Origin: Escherichia phage ECP2303
Sequence record: PP261279.1
DNA length: 64,000 nucleotides
Reading direction: 5' to 3' (one strand)
Under the pieces are notes generated by a model that saw only the letters and a program-made list of their open reading frames with translations, did not search any database and was not told where the DNA came from. Each line of letters opens with the position of its first letter. Positions within the stretch are counted from its first letter, which is position 1. The position numbers and the translations under genes were made by a program. Below are positions 36,381 through 45,735 of this stretch, in pieces.

Positions 36381-36689
36381 ATGTACAAGCACTCCAGAGA
36401 TCTTGAAAACGATGCTGTGTTTGGGGATCAGATGAAAGAATTGGTTAAACTTATAGGTAGGATAGAGGATAAGTTTGACACTAAGATCTACATCGACAGC
36501 AAAGTATTCAACCACAAAATATGGACAAATCTGTGTGTTGGACTGCATGGAGATAAAGATGTGGTAAATTTAGTTGTAATTAAGTTCATAGTGTGGCAGA
36601 ATAAAACTATAAATTATTACGATCCGCACCTGCTTGTTTACCCGATAAAAGACCTATTAGAGAAGGAGGACTGCAATGCCGTTATTTAA
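36381..36689 (+). CDS. hypothetical protein
   Basis: 102-aa ORF. Confidence 0.4.
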   Translation: MYKHSRDLENDAVFGDQMKELVKLIGRIEDKFDTKIYIDSKVFNHKIWTNLCVGLHGDKDVVNLVVIKFIVWQNKTINYYDPHLLVYPIKDLLEKEDCNAVI

Positions 36690-36945
36690 TCTTGCTAAAC
36701 CTGTAGAAGCACACCAGTTTGACGGAAGCTCTTCATCAGTATCTGATCTGCAACGGTGGATTGATACAGGTGTGTTTACACCGTCACCTGTTCGGACCAG
36801 AGATATTCTTCGCATGTGTGAGCTTGTGGAGCCGTTTGGTAACCTGGTCTTGTACCAAGGGGATTGGTTAGTTGACTTTATGGGAGACTGGTTGGTAATG
36901 AGCAAAGAAGAGATGTTTAAAATTTTTAAGGAAGAGGCTGAGTAA
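36676..36945 (+). CDS. hypothetical protein
   Basis: 89-aa ORF coupled to the ligase gene. Confidence 0.4.
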   Translation: MPLFNLAKPVEAHQFDGSSSSVSDLQRWIDTGVFTPSPVRTRDILRMCELVEPFGNLVLYQGDWLVDFMGDWLVMSKEEMFKIFKEEAE

Positions 36946-38228
36946 TGCATCAGATCAAAACAACACTGTACGCACTGAACAAAGATGGCAGCTACCAACA
37001 GTGGAAAGTATTCACGGATGGTGATAAGGTTATTGTAGAGTTTGGCAAGCTTGATGGTAAACTGCAATACAAAGAGACGATCTGCACACCTAAGAACGTG
37101 GGTCGTGCCAATGAAACTACAGCTGAGCAACAGGCTGAGCTGGAAGCGATCAGTAAGTGGGAAAAACAAGTCCGTCTGGGGTATGTTGAAAATATGGAAG
37201 ATTGCGAGCAGGGTGTTGACCTTTTACCCATGCTGGTGCATGACTACCTGAAGCGTGGAAAGGCACTTAAATTACCTTGCTGGATCTTGCGTAAGTTAGA
37301 TGGCCTTCGTCTACTGGTTGTTTTCCAAAACGGTGAGCCTAAATTTATTTCCCGTGGTAATAAGTCCTACCCTATTCAAGGAAAGCTTCTGGAGCAACTT
37401 CGTTCTTTCCACTTCACCACCGGGATTAAACAGCTCGACGGAGAGATCTATATTCATGGTCTGCCTCTGCAGAAAATAGTGTCTCTTGCTAAACGTTGGC
37501 GCACACAGGAAGAGATTCAGGCCGAGATCGATAAAGACTACGAGGCAGATAAAAAACGCCGTCATGCCGCAATTAAGGCAGGCTTATCAACATACAAAAA
37601 CTTCAATAAGGTAGATATTCCTGTTGATGTTGAGCCTGTTCGTGATGATTTGCGTTACGGAGGGTACTGTAGCTATGACTTAGAGTATCATATTTTCGAC
37701 ATTCCTAGTGACAAGGTATGGTGGGATCCTGAAACAGAATCTGGACGATGCAAGGATCTTATGGATGCAGAAGATACCATTACCACCCTGATGCTTGACC
37801 ATATCAAGGTTGTTGACGCAGAGCTTGCGTACACAGTTGATCATTGCGAAGAATCTGTTGGTGTATTCATGTCCGAAGGATATGAAGGTACTATCATGCG
37901 TAACTTCTGTGGTAAATATGAATATGGTCAGCGAACATCTGAAGCATTGAAATGGAAAAAGTTCAACGATGCTGAGGTGAAAGTTATTGACGTTGAGAAA
38001 GATAAGAATGATGAAGGTGTTCTTATCTGCGTTGACAAGGAAGGTATAGTTGTTAAAATGAAGATGAAAGGCACGCACGAGGAGCGTAGCTATGACAGGA
38101 TGCAGGAAATGATCGGCAAGTTTGTCACCTTCAAATATCAAGCAAGGACAGAAGACAACAACTACCAATTCCCTGTCGGCATCTGCGTCCGAAATGTTAA
38201 CCCGGACACTTGGGAGGTTCTGGAATGA
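36945..38228 (+). CDS. ATP-dependent DNA ligase
   Basis: Adenylation motif I KLDGLR (KxDGxR) and downstream nucleotidyltransferase/OB-fold pattern; 427 aa. Confidence 0.8.
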   Translation: MHQIKTTLYALNKDGSYQQWKVFTDGDKVIVEFGKLDGKLQYKETICTPKNVGRANETTAEQQAELEAISKWEKQVRLGYVENMEDCEQGVDLLPMLVHDYLKRGKALKLPCWILRKLDGLRLLVVFQNGEPKFISRGNKSYPIQGKLLEQLRSFHFTTGIKQLDGEIYIHGLPLQKIVSLAKRWRTQEEIQAEIDKDYEADKKRRHAAIKAGLSTYKNFNKVDIPVDVEPVRDDLRYGGYCSYDLEYHIFDIPSDKVWWDPETESGRCKDLMDAEDTITTLMLDHIKVVDAELAYTVDHCEESVGVFMSEGYEGTIMRNFCGKYEYGQRTSEALKWKKFNDAEVKVIDVEKDKNDEGVLICVDKEGIVVKMKMKGTHEERSYDRMQEMIGKFVTFKYQARTEDNNYQFPVGICVRNVNPDTWEVLE

Positions 38229-38352
38229 TGTAGGAAGGTTTAGTAGGTAACGGTAGCCAATTGAATGATGGTTTTTCAATTGGCACCTGCATAACCACAT
38301 TATGCAGTGTTGTTGATCGGGTTAGTTATGAGTAAATTGGAGAGTATGAAAA

Positions 38353-38823
38353 ATGAAACTTGATAAAAATGTTCAACGAAAAGCTTTCTTGGATATGATC
38401 GCATATTCAGAAGGTACAGATAACGGTAGACAACCTACCAAGGATCGGGGCTATGATGTCATAGTCGGTGGCAAGCTGTTTAGCGATTACAGCAAGCATC
38501 CGGGTGTGTACGTTAAGCTAAATGCTAAACTTACCTCCTCTGCTGCGGGGCGCTACCAAGTTTTGGAGAAGTTTGCTAAACACTATATGAAACAGTTAGG
38601 ATTACCAGATTTTGGCCCTGCCAGTCAGGATAAGATCGCACTACAATTGATCCGTGAGTGCAAGGCGCTCGATGATATTGATGAAGGTCGTATTCATCAG
38701 GCCATCCATCTTTGCAGATCCCGATGGGCAAGCCTTCCTGGTGCAGGGTATGGTCAGCACGAACAGAAGATCGAAAAGTTGATCGAGGTGTTTAAAAAGT
38801 CAGGCGGTGTTGTCCTAGATTAA
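38353..38823 (+). CDS. R: endolysin, lambda R-type lytic transglycosylase
   Basis: NVQRKAFLDMIAYSEGTDNGRQPTKDRGYDVIVGG...AGRYQ...WASLPGAGYGQHEQK is near-identical in pattern to lambda R. Confidence 0.9.
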   Translation: MKLDKNVQRKAFLDMIAYSEGTDNGRQPTKDRGYDVIVGGKLFSDYSKHPGVYVKLNAKLTSSAAGRYQVLEKFAKHYMKQLGLPDFGPASQDKIALQLIRECKALDDIDEGRIHQAIHLCRSRWASLPGAGYGQHEQKIEKLIEVFKKSGGVVLD

Positions 38824-38826
38824 TCA

Positions 38827-38855
38827 TTGACATGACCACATGGATGTGGTATTGT
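38827..38855 (+). promoter_or_regulatory. sigma70-type promoter with palindrome in the spacer
   Basis: TTGACA, 17-nt spacer containing CCACATGGATGTGG, then TATTGT. Confidence 0.4.
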
Positions 38856-38886
38856 TACCCAGTAAAATGTTAAGGAGAGTTTAACC

Positions 38887-39093
38887 ATGAAAGATTTTCT
38901 GTTGGCAATTTTATTCATGGCAGCATGCTTTGCCTGTGGTGTCGTGTTTGCAGGTGAAACAGCGTATCTTGTAGATGTATATCGGGACAATGGTAAACGT
39001 ATTTGCCTTTATGAAACAAGCCAAGGTGAGCTCTACGAGCTTGTGAAACAAGGCGAGGCTGGATCTTGTCCTCGGACTCACTTCTTCGAATAA
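38887..39093 (+). CDS. small secreted/lipoprotein-like protein
   Basis: 68 aa; hydrophobic N-terminus with Cys cluster (MAACFACG); AAGGAG RBS; adjacent to endolysin. Confidence 0.4.
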   Translation: MKDFLLAILFMAACFACGVVFAGETAYLVDVYRDNGKRICLYETSQGELYELVKQGEAGSCPRTHFFE

Positions 39094-39103
39094 GGGTGGT
39101 AAT

Positions 39104-39322
39104 ATGGCTTTAGAAGGCACTGATTATATTCACGATTATCGTGGGAGTGCAGTGTATGTGGGAGATACTGTTGCAGTATACTACGGTTATGGTTCCCTAG
39201 AAACAGCGAAGGTCATACAGATCAAGAATGACCGTGCTAAGCTTGAAGTTTATTACTCTAATGGCGAAAGATCGATTTCTAAGTGGAAAGATGGTCATTG
39301 TATGGTCAAATTGGAGGGCTGA
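39104..39322 (+). CDS. hypothetical protein
   Basis: 72-aa ORF. Confidence 0.35.
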   Translation: MALEGTDYIHDYRGSAVYVGDTVAVYYGYGSLETAKVIQIKNDRAKLEVYYSNGERSISKWKDGHCMVKLEG

Positions 39323-39786
39323 TGGAAGACGGACGTTTAATGAAGTCTGAACGCAGGCTTATTGTGCAACTGATCCCGGAAACAGCTTGGTATAATAACC
39401 TCAGAAACGCTGTGAAGAAGAGTGAGTGGGATAAGATCCGTAAGAAGTGCTACAGAGAAGCCAACTACACTTGTGAGGTGTGCGGTGGTAAAGGCAGCAA
39501 ACATCCGGTGGAGTGTCATGAACTTTACACTTTCGAAGATGGAGTGATCCGGCTTGTCGGACTGATAGCGTTGTGCCCAGATTGTCACACATCGGTGCAT
39601 CCTGGGTTAGCAAATATCCGTGGAAAGTATGCTCAGGCAGTTAATCAGTTGGCTAAGGTGAATAAGATCACCAAGGGTATGGCAGAGGCGTATTACCGAG
39701 ACTGCTTTGCAGAGTGGCGTGAGCTTAGTAAAGTTCCAGAATGGAAGACTGACTTTTCGTGGATAGAGGGTTACCTTGATGGCTAA
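39322..39786 (+). CDS. zinc-binding protein, HNH-like (putative nuclease)
   Basis: Start at ATG overlapping upstream stop (TGATG) with GGAGGG RBS; CEVCGG...HPVECHE...CPDCH...H pattern. Confidence 0.4.
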   Translation: MEDGRLMKSERRLIVQLIPETAWYNNLRNAVKKSEWDKIRKKCYREANYTCEVCGGKGSKHPVECHELYTFEDGVIRLVGLIALCPDCHTSVHPGLANIRGKYAQAVNQLAKVNKITKGMAEAYYRDCFAEWRELSKVPEWKTDFSWIEGYLDG

Positions 39787-40069
39787 GAAACCTGTAAAAG
39801 AGAAATTCGATAAGACAGCTTTTGTATTTGATACGCCTCTGGACGACATTATCAGAGGTATGCAAGCACTGTATCGAAAGGCTGAATCTGAGCAGTTGTC
39901 TGAATCAGAACTTTACTGGCTTGGTTGGTGGGAGTTAAACCTGCCTAAAGCTGAAAGTTCTTGTCTGAGAACTGTTAAAACGTGCGCCCAAGAAAACGCT
40001 GCACTTGGAATCTACCACAAAAGGAAAAGATCAACAAAAGGCTCTCCAAGAAAGACTAAAAAGTCTTGA
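39776..40069 (+). CDS. hypothetical basic protein
   Basis: 97 aa, Lys/Arg-rich C-terminus. Confidence 0.35.
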   Translation: MMAKKPVKEKFDKTAFVFDTPLDDIIRGMQALYRKAESEQLSESELYWLGWWELNLPKAESSCLRTVKTCAQENAALGIYHKRKRSTKGSPRKTKKS

Positions 40070-40095
40070 CAAAAGTGCTATTAATCTGATATTAT
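40066..40095 (+). promoter_or_regulatory. sigma70-type promoter
   Basis: TTGACA, 18-nt spacer, TATTAT; about 35 nt upstream of the 40129 start. Confidence 0.45.
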
Positions 40096-40128
40096 CAGTC
40101 AGATATTTATAAACTAGGAGAACTAGAC

Positions 40129-40437
40129 ATGCTTAAAATTTTTATTGTTGAAGATAAAGATATTGTCCAGTTGTATGCAAACGAGAATCATAAAGGTATG
40201 ATCCTGAAGAAGGCAAGCAACCTTCATGAAAACACCATTCAACCTGGCGATGTAATTAAGATCTGTGGCTATCTGATACCAGACTCCTTGATGAAAATAA
40301 CCCACCACTGGGGGTCTAATCCGTTCCTTTTTGAAAAATATTGGGATGTTGAGTCGCTTATTGCAGAGAGTGATGATGCATTCCATTACAGCATCCAACC
40401 ATCTTGCAGAATAACTAACAGGAGGGTCTTTGAGTAG
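40129..40437 (+). CDS. hypothetical protein
   Basis: 102-aa ORF with AGGAG RBS. Confidence 0.4.
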   Translation: MLKIFIVEDKDIVQLYANENHKGMILKKASNLHENTIQPGDVIKICGYLIPDSLMKITHHWGSNPFLFEKYWDVESLIAESDDAFHYSIQPSCRITNRRVFE

Positions 40438-41569
40438 AGAATATCCGCTTATTGAGTCCATAGATTGTCTAGCTGATCTTCTTGAACCTGACGCTATAGT
40501 TTATTATGACTTCGATCAGGTTGCATATCAAGCTGCAGCAAGTTGTGAAAAAAGGACAATTGAGGTAACACATAAAGCCTCAGGACGTAAGAAGGTGTTT
40601 AAAACACGAACAGAGTTTTGGGGGAGGCAGAAGAACGCAGTTGGCGGCTGGTTAAAGGCTGAGAACACCAACCGTGAAGCTGCATGTAAAAAAGCTGGCA
40701 AGGAGTTTATTCCGTGGACACGCGAAGATTTCGATGTCTTGGATATCCAAACCCCCGATCCTGTAGAGAACTGCTTGCACACAATTAAGTGTAAAGCTAA
40801 TGCAGTCCTTAACTATCTAGGTATTCCTGAAGATCGGTGCGTAGGAGTGCTTGGGGGTACTGGTAATTTCAGACTAGATCTTCCCATGCCGGAACGATAT
40901 AAAGCCAACCGTAACAATACTCTTCGACCACTGTTGCTTGAAGATGCAAGACAGTATCTCCAAAAGCAATATAACGCTCAAGTGATCAACGGTATTGAAG
41001 CTGACGACTGGTTAGCTATCCAGCAATTTGAAGGTTGGAACCACTACCAGAAAACAGGAAAGTTCAACAAGTTTATTATCTCTATAGATAAGGACCAGCG
41101 AACACTTCCTGGGCTTGTATTCGATCCGATGAGGAACGATAAAGGTGATTTTGTAAGAGAAACCCCTATGCTCATTGATAACGGTATGGGTAACATATTC
41201 ATGAAGCCAAACGGTGATGTTGGTGGGTATGGAATGTTGTTCTTCGGTTATCAAATGCTGTGTGGTGATTCGGCTGACAATATTAAGCCTTACCAAGGGC
41301 TTATTGGTAAAGGAAAGTTCGGGGATGCATCTGCATTCTCCTTACTGTCTCAGTGCAGCACACCGAAAGAGATGTGGTTAGCAATCATTGATCAGTATAA
41401 AAAATGGTTTCCGAAAGGTGCCGTTAAGTATACTGATTTCAATGGCATAGACCGTAGGATTTCCGTAGGTCAGTGGATGAGTATAATTTTCGACTGTTTG
41501 TATATGAAGCGATCATTCAATGACCAAACAAAACTTGTTAACGTTCTTAGAAATGTTGGAGCAATTTGA
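40430..41569 (+). CDS. 5'-3' exonuclease / flap endonuclease (T5 D15 / T4 RNase H family)
   Basis: NGIEADDWLAI, SIDKDQ and GDSADNI correspond to the conserved acidic clusters of FEN-type nucleases. Confidence 0.8.
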   Translation: MSREYPLIESIDCLADLLEPDAIVYYDFDQVAYQAAASCEKRTIEVTHKASGRKKVFKTRTEFWGRQKNAVGGWLKAENTNREAACKKAGKEFIPWTREDFDVLDIQTPDPVENCLHTIKCKANAVLNYLGIPEDRCVGVLGGTGNFRLDLPMPERYKANRNNTLRPLLLEDARQYLQKQYNAQVINGIEADDWLAIQQFEGWNHYQKTGKFNKFIISIDKDQRTLPGLVFDPMRNDKGDFVRETPMLIDNGMGNIFMKPNGDVGGYGMLFFGYQMLCGDSADNIKPYQGLIGKGKFGDASAFSLLSQCSTPKEMWLAIIDQYKKWFPKGAVKYTDFNGIDRRISVGQWMSIIFDCLYMKRSFNDQTKLVNVLRNVGAI

Positions 41570-41892
41570 TGACTAAAAATTCTGTAGATAATGCAATTAT
41601 GGAAGCTGTTTTTGAGGATGACCATACAACAGGTACCATTAAAACAAAAAATACATTTATTGTTGCCACAGGTATGTGGCGGTTGTATGAAGATGACACT
41701 ATTGCATACATCCTGTATACTGATGATTACGCAGATGATCGTGTATGGTCTGCTGTTTTAAAAGAGGATTGCGAGCTGATTGAGGGCGAGCGGTTATGCA
41801 TGTTTACCAGCGTGGAAACAGACGTTAAGCTTTGCTCTCTTGTGCTATTCAAAGACAAAGCTTATTCTCCAGATGAAGAGGAAACAGCATGA
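41566..41892 (+). CDS. hypothetical protein
   Basis: 108-aa acidic ORF. Confidence 0.35.
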   Translation: MMTKNSVDNAIMEAVFEDDHTTGTIKTKNTFIVATGMWRLYEDDTIAYILYTDDYADDRVWSAVLKEDCELIEGERLCMFTSVETDVKLCSLVLFKDKAYSPDEEETA

Positions 41893-42518
41893 GAGAAAGA
41901 CTGCTGTCTATAGACCAGTCTCTTACCCACACAGCCTGTGTTGTATGGGACGATGGTAGGCCTGTTCATAAGGTTGTGTTACGCACACAAAGCTCATCTG
42001 CAAAAGAGAAGAAACCAGGGACGGTTTCTTTTGCAACAGCTGCTGAGCGTATTGACTGGATCTGCAAACAGGTTAGATATTATATCCACACGCACGGCGT
42101 TGACACCGTGGTTATGGAAGGGCTCTCCTTCGGATCGCGAGGAGATGCCACACGTGAACTGGCTGGGTTGTTTTACGGTCTTGAAGTTATGCTTTGGGAT
42201 GCTTTAGCAGATTGTGAAAATGACGGCCTGTTTAAGGTTCACACAGTGACACCAACAACTGCCAAAAAGTTTGCTCGTAGTCATCTTCCTGAAGAACTTG
42301 CTTTTGAGGAGAAGAAAAAGCTTGACAAAAGGACAGGTAAAGAGCATACTGTGAAGAAACCTGTTACGATGGATAAAAAGTTGATGGTTAAGGCCTGTGA
42401 AGTATCTGAACCTGGGTTCCTGGATGGGATCAACTTGGTACAAGGTAAGGCCGATCTCGCAGATGCTTATTGGATAGGTAGGGCGCATCTGGAGGGATTA
42501 TCGCAAAGCGTAAAATAA
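41889..42518 (+). CDS. RuvC-like Holliday junction resolvase
   Basis: N-terminal LSIDQSLTHTACVVWD and central MEGLSFGSRGDATRELAGL fit the RNase H-fold RuvC/resolvase pattern. Confidence 0.65.
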   Translation: MRERLLSIDQSLTHTACVVWDDGRPVHKVVLRTQSSSAKEKKPGTVSFATAAERIDWICKQVRYYIHTHGVDTVVMEGLSFGSRGDATRELAGLFYGLEVMLWDALADCENDGLFKVHTVTPTTAKKFARSHLPEELAFEEKKKLDKRTGKEHTVKKPVTMDKKLMVKACEVSEPGFLDGINLVQGKADLADAYWIGRAHLEGLSQSVK

Positions 42519-42595
42519 GAAAGAAAGCTGTCAAAGCCCCCGTCCATAGCGGGTGGCTAAAAGATTCTAAGGACATAGCCGACTTTCGGAAAGAA

Positions 42596-43075
42596 TTGTC
42601 AGAAGAGCAGGATGGTCTTGATCCAATCTTGTGCGAACCACTTCGTAAGCCTTGTTTAGACCATGATCATCTGACTGGTCGTTGCAGGGGTGTTTTGTCC
42701 CAATGCACTAATACCTTTGAGGGGTATGTGCTTAAATACTGGATGAAATACTGTAACGAGTATACAGATTGCAGTTTATCAGAGGCGTTACGCCGGATGG
42801 CTGACTATCTGGAGAAAGACTACAGCGACTTCCCGCTCCACAAAAACTACAGAGATGATATGACAAAGTTCTTGAGGAGATGCTCTAAAGCTACGATTAT
42901 TGCACGTGCAGAATCAGATCTCGGTCTTGTCATTAATTCAGAGTATACCAAGCATGAGGCTATTGAGGCCTACATGCAGGAGTTTATAAAGAAAACTGAG
43001 GAGAGAGATTTCTATGGGGACGAAAAAGGTATTCAATCCTTGCGATTCAGTTCTGATCAGGATGAAATACCGTAA
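42596..43075 (+). CDS. recombination endonuclease VII (T4 gp49-like)
   Basis: CEPLRKPCLDHDHLTGRCRGVLSQCTN matches the CxxC-DHDH-TG-RG-LC-CN signature. Confidence 0.8.
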   Translation: MSEEQDGLDPILCEPLRKPCLDHDHLTGRCRGVLSQCTNTFEGYVLKYWMKYCNEYTDCSLSEALRRMADYLEKDYSDFPLHKNYRDDMTKFLRRCSKATIIARAESDLGLVINSEYTKHEAIEAYMQEFIKKTEERDFYGDEKGIQSLRFSSDQDEIP

Positions 43076-43235
43076 CTGGAAAGGTGTTGTTGCAGATCGC
43101 TGCGTTACTGAGCCTAATTTATGGTTTGGCTCTACAGAGTATCATAAAGAAGAGCAGTGGTTGATGCATGCATTTGACGTAGATAAGGGCGAATACCGTG
43201 ACTTCGCTTTAAAAGACATTCTTCAGTTTTACTAA
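43014..43235 (+). CDS. hypothetical protein (start uncertain)
   Basis: 73-aa ORF overlapping the endonuclease VII 3' end by ~60 nt; the true start may be internal. Confidence 0.25.
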   Translation: MGTKKVFNPCDSVLIRMKYRNWKGVVADRCVTEPNLWFGSTEYHKEEQWLMHAFDVDKGEYRDFALKDILQFY

Positions 43236-43247
43236 GGAATCTTAACG

Positions 43248-44231
43248 ATGATGACAAAGTTAACTCTTGAGCAAATTTTAACACTAAAGCAACAGGGATA
43301 CACTAATAGACAAATTGCTCGTGAATTTTTAGGGCGTGAGTCGCGTGAGAGCTGGATCCGACTACAGCTTAAACGTGCACAAGAGAATATGTCAGAGATT
43401 GTAGGAGAGGCAACGGAGCGCTTCCTTGAAGAACATAAAGGTGCTAAAGTTTGGGTGTATGACACAGAGACATCTCCAACAAACGGCTGGTTCTTTGGGC
43501 ATTATAAGACCAACATTCAAACCTGCGGTATTGAAATTATGCCCTATATGCTGACTTTCGCAGGTAAGTGGTTAGATAGCCCTAGCGTGGTTGACTGTGG
43601 TCTTCCTGATTACAAAATGTGGGACGAGGATATTCACAACGATCTTGAACTGATTCAAGATTTGTGGTATTATCTGGATAAATGTGATGTCGCAGTAGCG
43701 CACAACTCCGGTTTTGACTGTGGATGGGCCAACCAACGATTTGCATTTCACGGTTTGCCTCCAACAAGTCCATACAAAGAGGTTGACACCCTCAAGATGA
43801 TTAAAAAGGCATTCCGTTTGAATGCAAACACGTTAGAGTATGCATGTAAATACTTCCAACTGGCCCGACAGAAGCTGATTGACCACACATTTGAAATGTG
43901 GATCAAGTGTGTTCATGGTGATCTTGAGGCGTTTAAACAGATGCGGGAGTATAATGTTGGGGACATCTTGTCTCTGGAAGGCCTGTATTTGCTGGCGCGT
44001 CCGTTTGCTAAGCAGCACCCTAACATGTCATTGTACTACCAAGATGAGGAGTCAAAAGTTCGTTGCCCACGTTGTGGTGGAGAACACCTTCACGAGGAAG
44101 AAGCTTTGGCGTATACTCAGCTGAGTGCATTTAAAACATACCGCTGCGAAAGTTGTGGATCTGTTGTTCGTGATCGTAACAACATCCGTACTAGGGAAGA
44201 GATGAAAAACACCCTTATTCAGATAATCTAA
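43248..44231 (+). CDS. DnaQ-like 3'-5' exonuclease with N-terminal HTH and C-terminal zinc ribbon
   Basis: Exo motifs VYDTETS, AHNSGFD, YNVGD (DEDDy); N-terminal QQGYTNRQIAREF HTH; C-terminal CPRCGG...CESCG. Confidence 0.7.
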   Translation: MMTKLTLEQILTLKQQGYTNRQIAREFLGRESRESWIRLQLKRAQENMSEIVGEATERFLEEHKGAKVWVYDTETSPTNGWFFGHYKTNIQTCGIEIMPYMLTFAGKWLDSPSVVDCGLPDYKMWDEDIHNDLELIQDLWYYLDKCDVAVAHNSGFDCGWANQRFAFHGLPPTSPYKEVDTLKMIKKAFRLNANTLEYACKYFQLARQKLIDHTFEMWIKCVHGDLEAFKQMREYNVGDILSLEGLYLLARPFAKQHPNMSLYYQDEESKVRCPRCGGEHLHEEEALAYTQLSAFKTYRCESCGSVVRDRNNIRTREEMKNTLIQII

Positions 44232-44239
44232 CAAGTAGA

Positions 44240-44266
44240 GGGAGGCTTGCGCCTCCCTTTTCCTTT
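44240..44266 (+). terminator. Rho-independent terminator
   Basis: GGGAGGC-uugc-GCCUCCC followed by TTTTCCTTTT. Confidence 0.7.
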
Positions 44267-44276
44267 TGGAGGCACT

Positions 44277-45083
44277 TTGAGCAAGAAAGAGTCCAACGAC
44301 AAATATTACACAGACCCCGAGTATGCAGAATATCTTGTTGGTAAAGTAAAAGGTAAGTATGGGAATTGTGCATACGTTGAGCCTTCTGCTGGAAAGGGTT
44401 CTTTTTCAAAACTATTTTCAGAGATACTGTCGTATGATTTGGTACCAGATCCTGAATTTGAAGGCCCAACCCCGTGTATTAAGGCAAACTTCTTAGAGGT
44501 GTATCCCAAGGCTGATGTATTCATAGGTAATCCTCCATTCGGCAAAAATTCGTCTTTAGCTTGCAAGTTCTTTAACCACTGTGCATCATTGCTAGAGCCT
44601 GGTGGAGCTATAGCCTTCATCTTGCCACGGACTTTTGAAAAAATATTTTTTGCAAACAAACTGGACATGTCGATGCACCTTATTTATAGCGAAAGGTGCC
44701 CCAAGAACTCGTTTTTACTTAACGGCAAACCTTATGACGTGCCATGTGTTTTCCAAATTTGGGAGAAAAAGGTGTGCAGTAGGGATCCTGTAGAGATCGG
44801 GGAGAATAAGTTATTTTCTTTTAGCACTCCGGATGATTACGACTTCTGTATAAGACGTGTTGGGTATAATGCTGGGAAAGTATTGGGAGAGGATGACCCA
44901 AAATCTGAAGAATCAACATATTTCATAAAATCTTTAGTTGATGGTGTTGACAGAGTGTTTGCTGAGTGCTATTCTTCTTTTCAAGAAGAAGCAGGTAAGA
45001 CTGCTGGAATGAAGAGTATAGGCAAGAAAGAACTACAATACATTTTGGAGACCAGGTATGATCAAAAGCATAGACTTGACTAA
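44277..45083 (+). CDS. DNA N6-adenine methyltransferase
   Basis: Motif I VEPSAGKGSF and motif IV NPPFG; start moved to TTG 44277 (GGAGG RBS) because the track start 44247 lies inside the terminator hairpin. Confidence 0.75.
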   Translation: MSKKESNDKYYTDPEYAEYLVGKVKGKYGNCAYVEPSAGKGSFSKLFSEILSYDLVPDPEFEGPTPCIKANFLEVYPKADVFIGNPPFGKNSSLACKFFNHCASLLEPGGAIAFILPRTFEKIFFANKLDMSMHLIYSERCPKNSFLLNGKPYDVPCVFQIWEKKVCSRDPVEIGENKLFSFSTPDDYDFCIRRVGYNAGKVLGEDDPKSEESTYFIKSLVDGVDRVFAECYSSFQEEAGKTAGMKSIGKKELQYILETRYDQKHRLD

Positions 45084-45516
45084 AGAGCTTTCCGATGCAA
45101 AAGCTTTTGGTGAGACAGCCGTGCAAAGGGGACAGGCTATGGGGCTGGCACTACCTTTTGTCTTAAAAGAGCATTTTACAGATTTTCAGCTTATCCGGGG
45201 TGAAAAGGGTATGCTTATTCTGGAACATAAGCTGAGTAAGAAACGTTATAAAGTTGTTTTTAATTCTAAAGCTCCAACAAAACTTGGATTCAGAACTTAC
45301 AATCTCAACCCTTCTTATACTAAGGGTGTTGGAAGAGTGGAGCAGCAGCATTTCAGTGCTAGAGCTTCTTTAGCCCCTTTGATGATAAATTTCTCAGGTG
45401 TGGCTTTAGGATACCTAGATAAGAAAAGAGTTCTTCATGTTCGTTTTACAGACTTTGTAACGCTTTTAGCTAACAACGAAGTAGATGAAAAGGGACGTGT
45501 AAAAACAAACTTCTAA
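45058..45516 (+). CDS. hypothetical protein
   Basis: 152-aa ORF. Confidence 0.35.
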   Translation: MIKSIDLTKELSDAKAFGETAVQRGQAMGLALPFVLKEHFTDFQLIRGEKGMLILEHKLSKKRYKVVFNSKAPTKLGFRTYNLNPSYTKGVGRVEQQHFSARASLAPLMINFSGVALGYLDKKRVLHVRFTDFVTLLANNEVDEKGRVKTNF

Positions 45517-45531
45517 TAACGCACAATATGA

Positions 45532-45735
45532 TTGGAGACCGCAATGACACCAGAGTTAACAATTCCAGACAGCTTTTCAGAAGACTTTGTTCCAGAGATG
45601 ATGGGGAAGATGCGAACACTACTTGATCAGATTGAGGAGGCTGTTTGGGAAGATGATGCTGTAGTGGCTAACGAGCTGGTAGATAAGTGTAAAAGTATTA
45701 TTGATGCAGTCGAAGAATATCACGGAGGTTTTTAA
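45532..45735 (+). CDS. hypothetical acidic protein
   Basis: 67-aa ORF with GGAGAC RBS. Confidence 0.35.
   Translation: METAMTPELTIPDSFSEDFVPEMMGKMRTLLDQIEEAVWEDDAVVANELVDKCKSIIDAVEEYHGGF

Noticed and set aside
36945-38228. Intein or homing-endonuclease insertion in the DNA ligase, nrdA or nrdD genes.
   Set aside because: All three have lengths typical of uninterrupted enzymes (427, 771 and 706 aa) and no extra Cys/Ser-to-Asn-bounded insert was seen.
44247-44276. ORF-track start (TTG at 44247) for the adenine methyltransferase.
   Set aside because: That codon lies inside the loop of the GGGAGGC/GCCTCCC terminator hairpin; the in-frame TTG at 44277 preceded by GGAGG is used instead.
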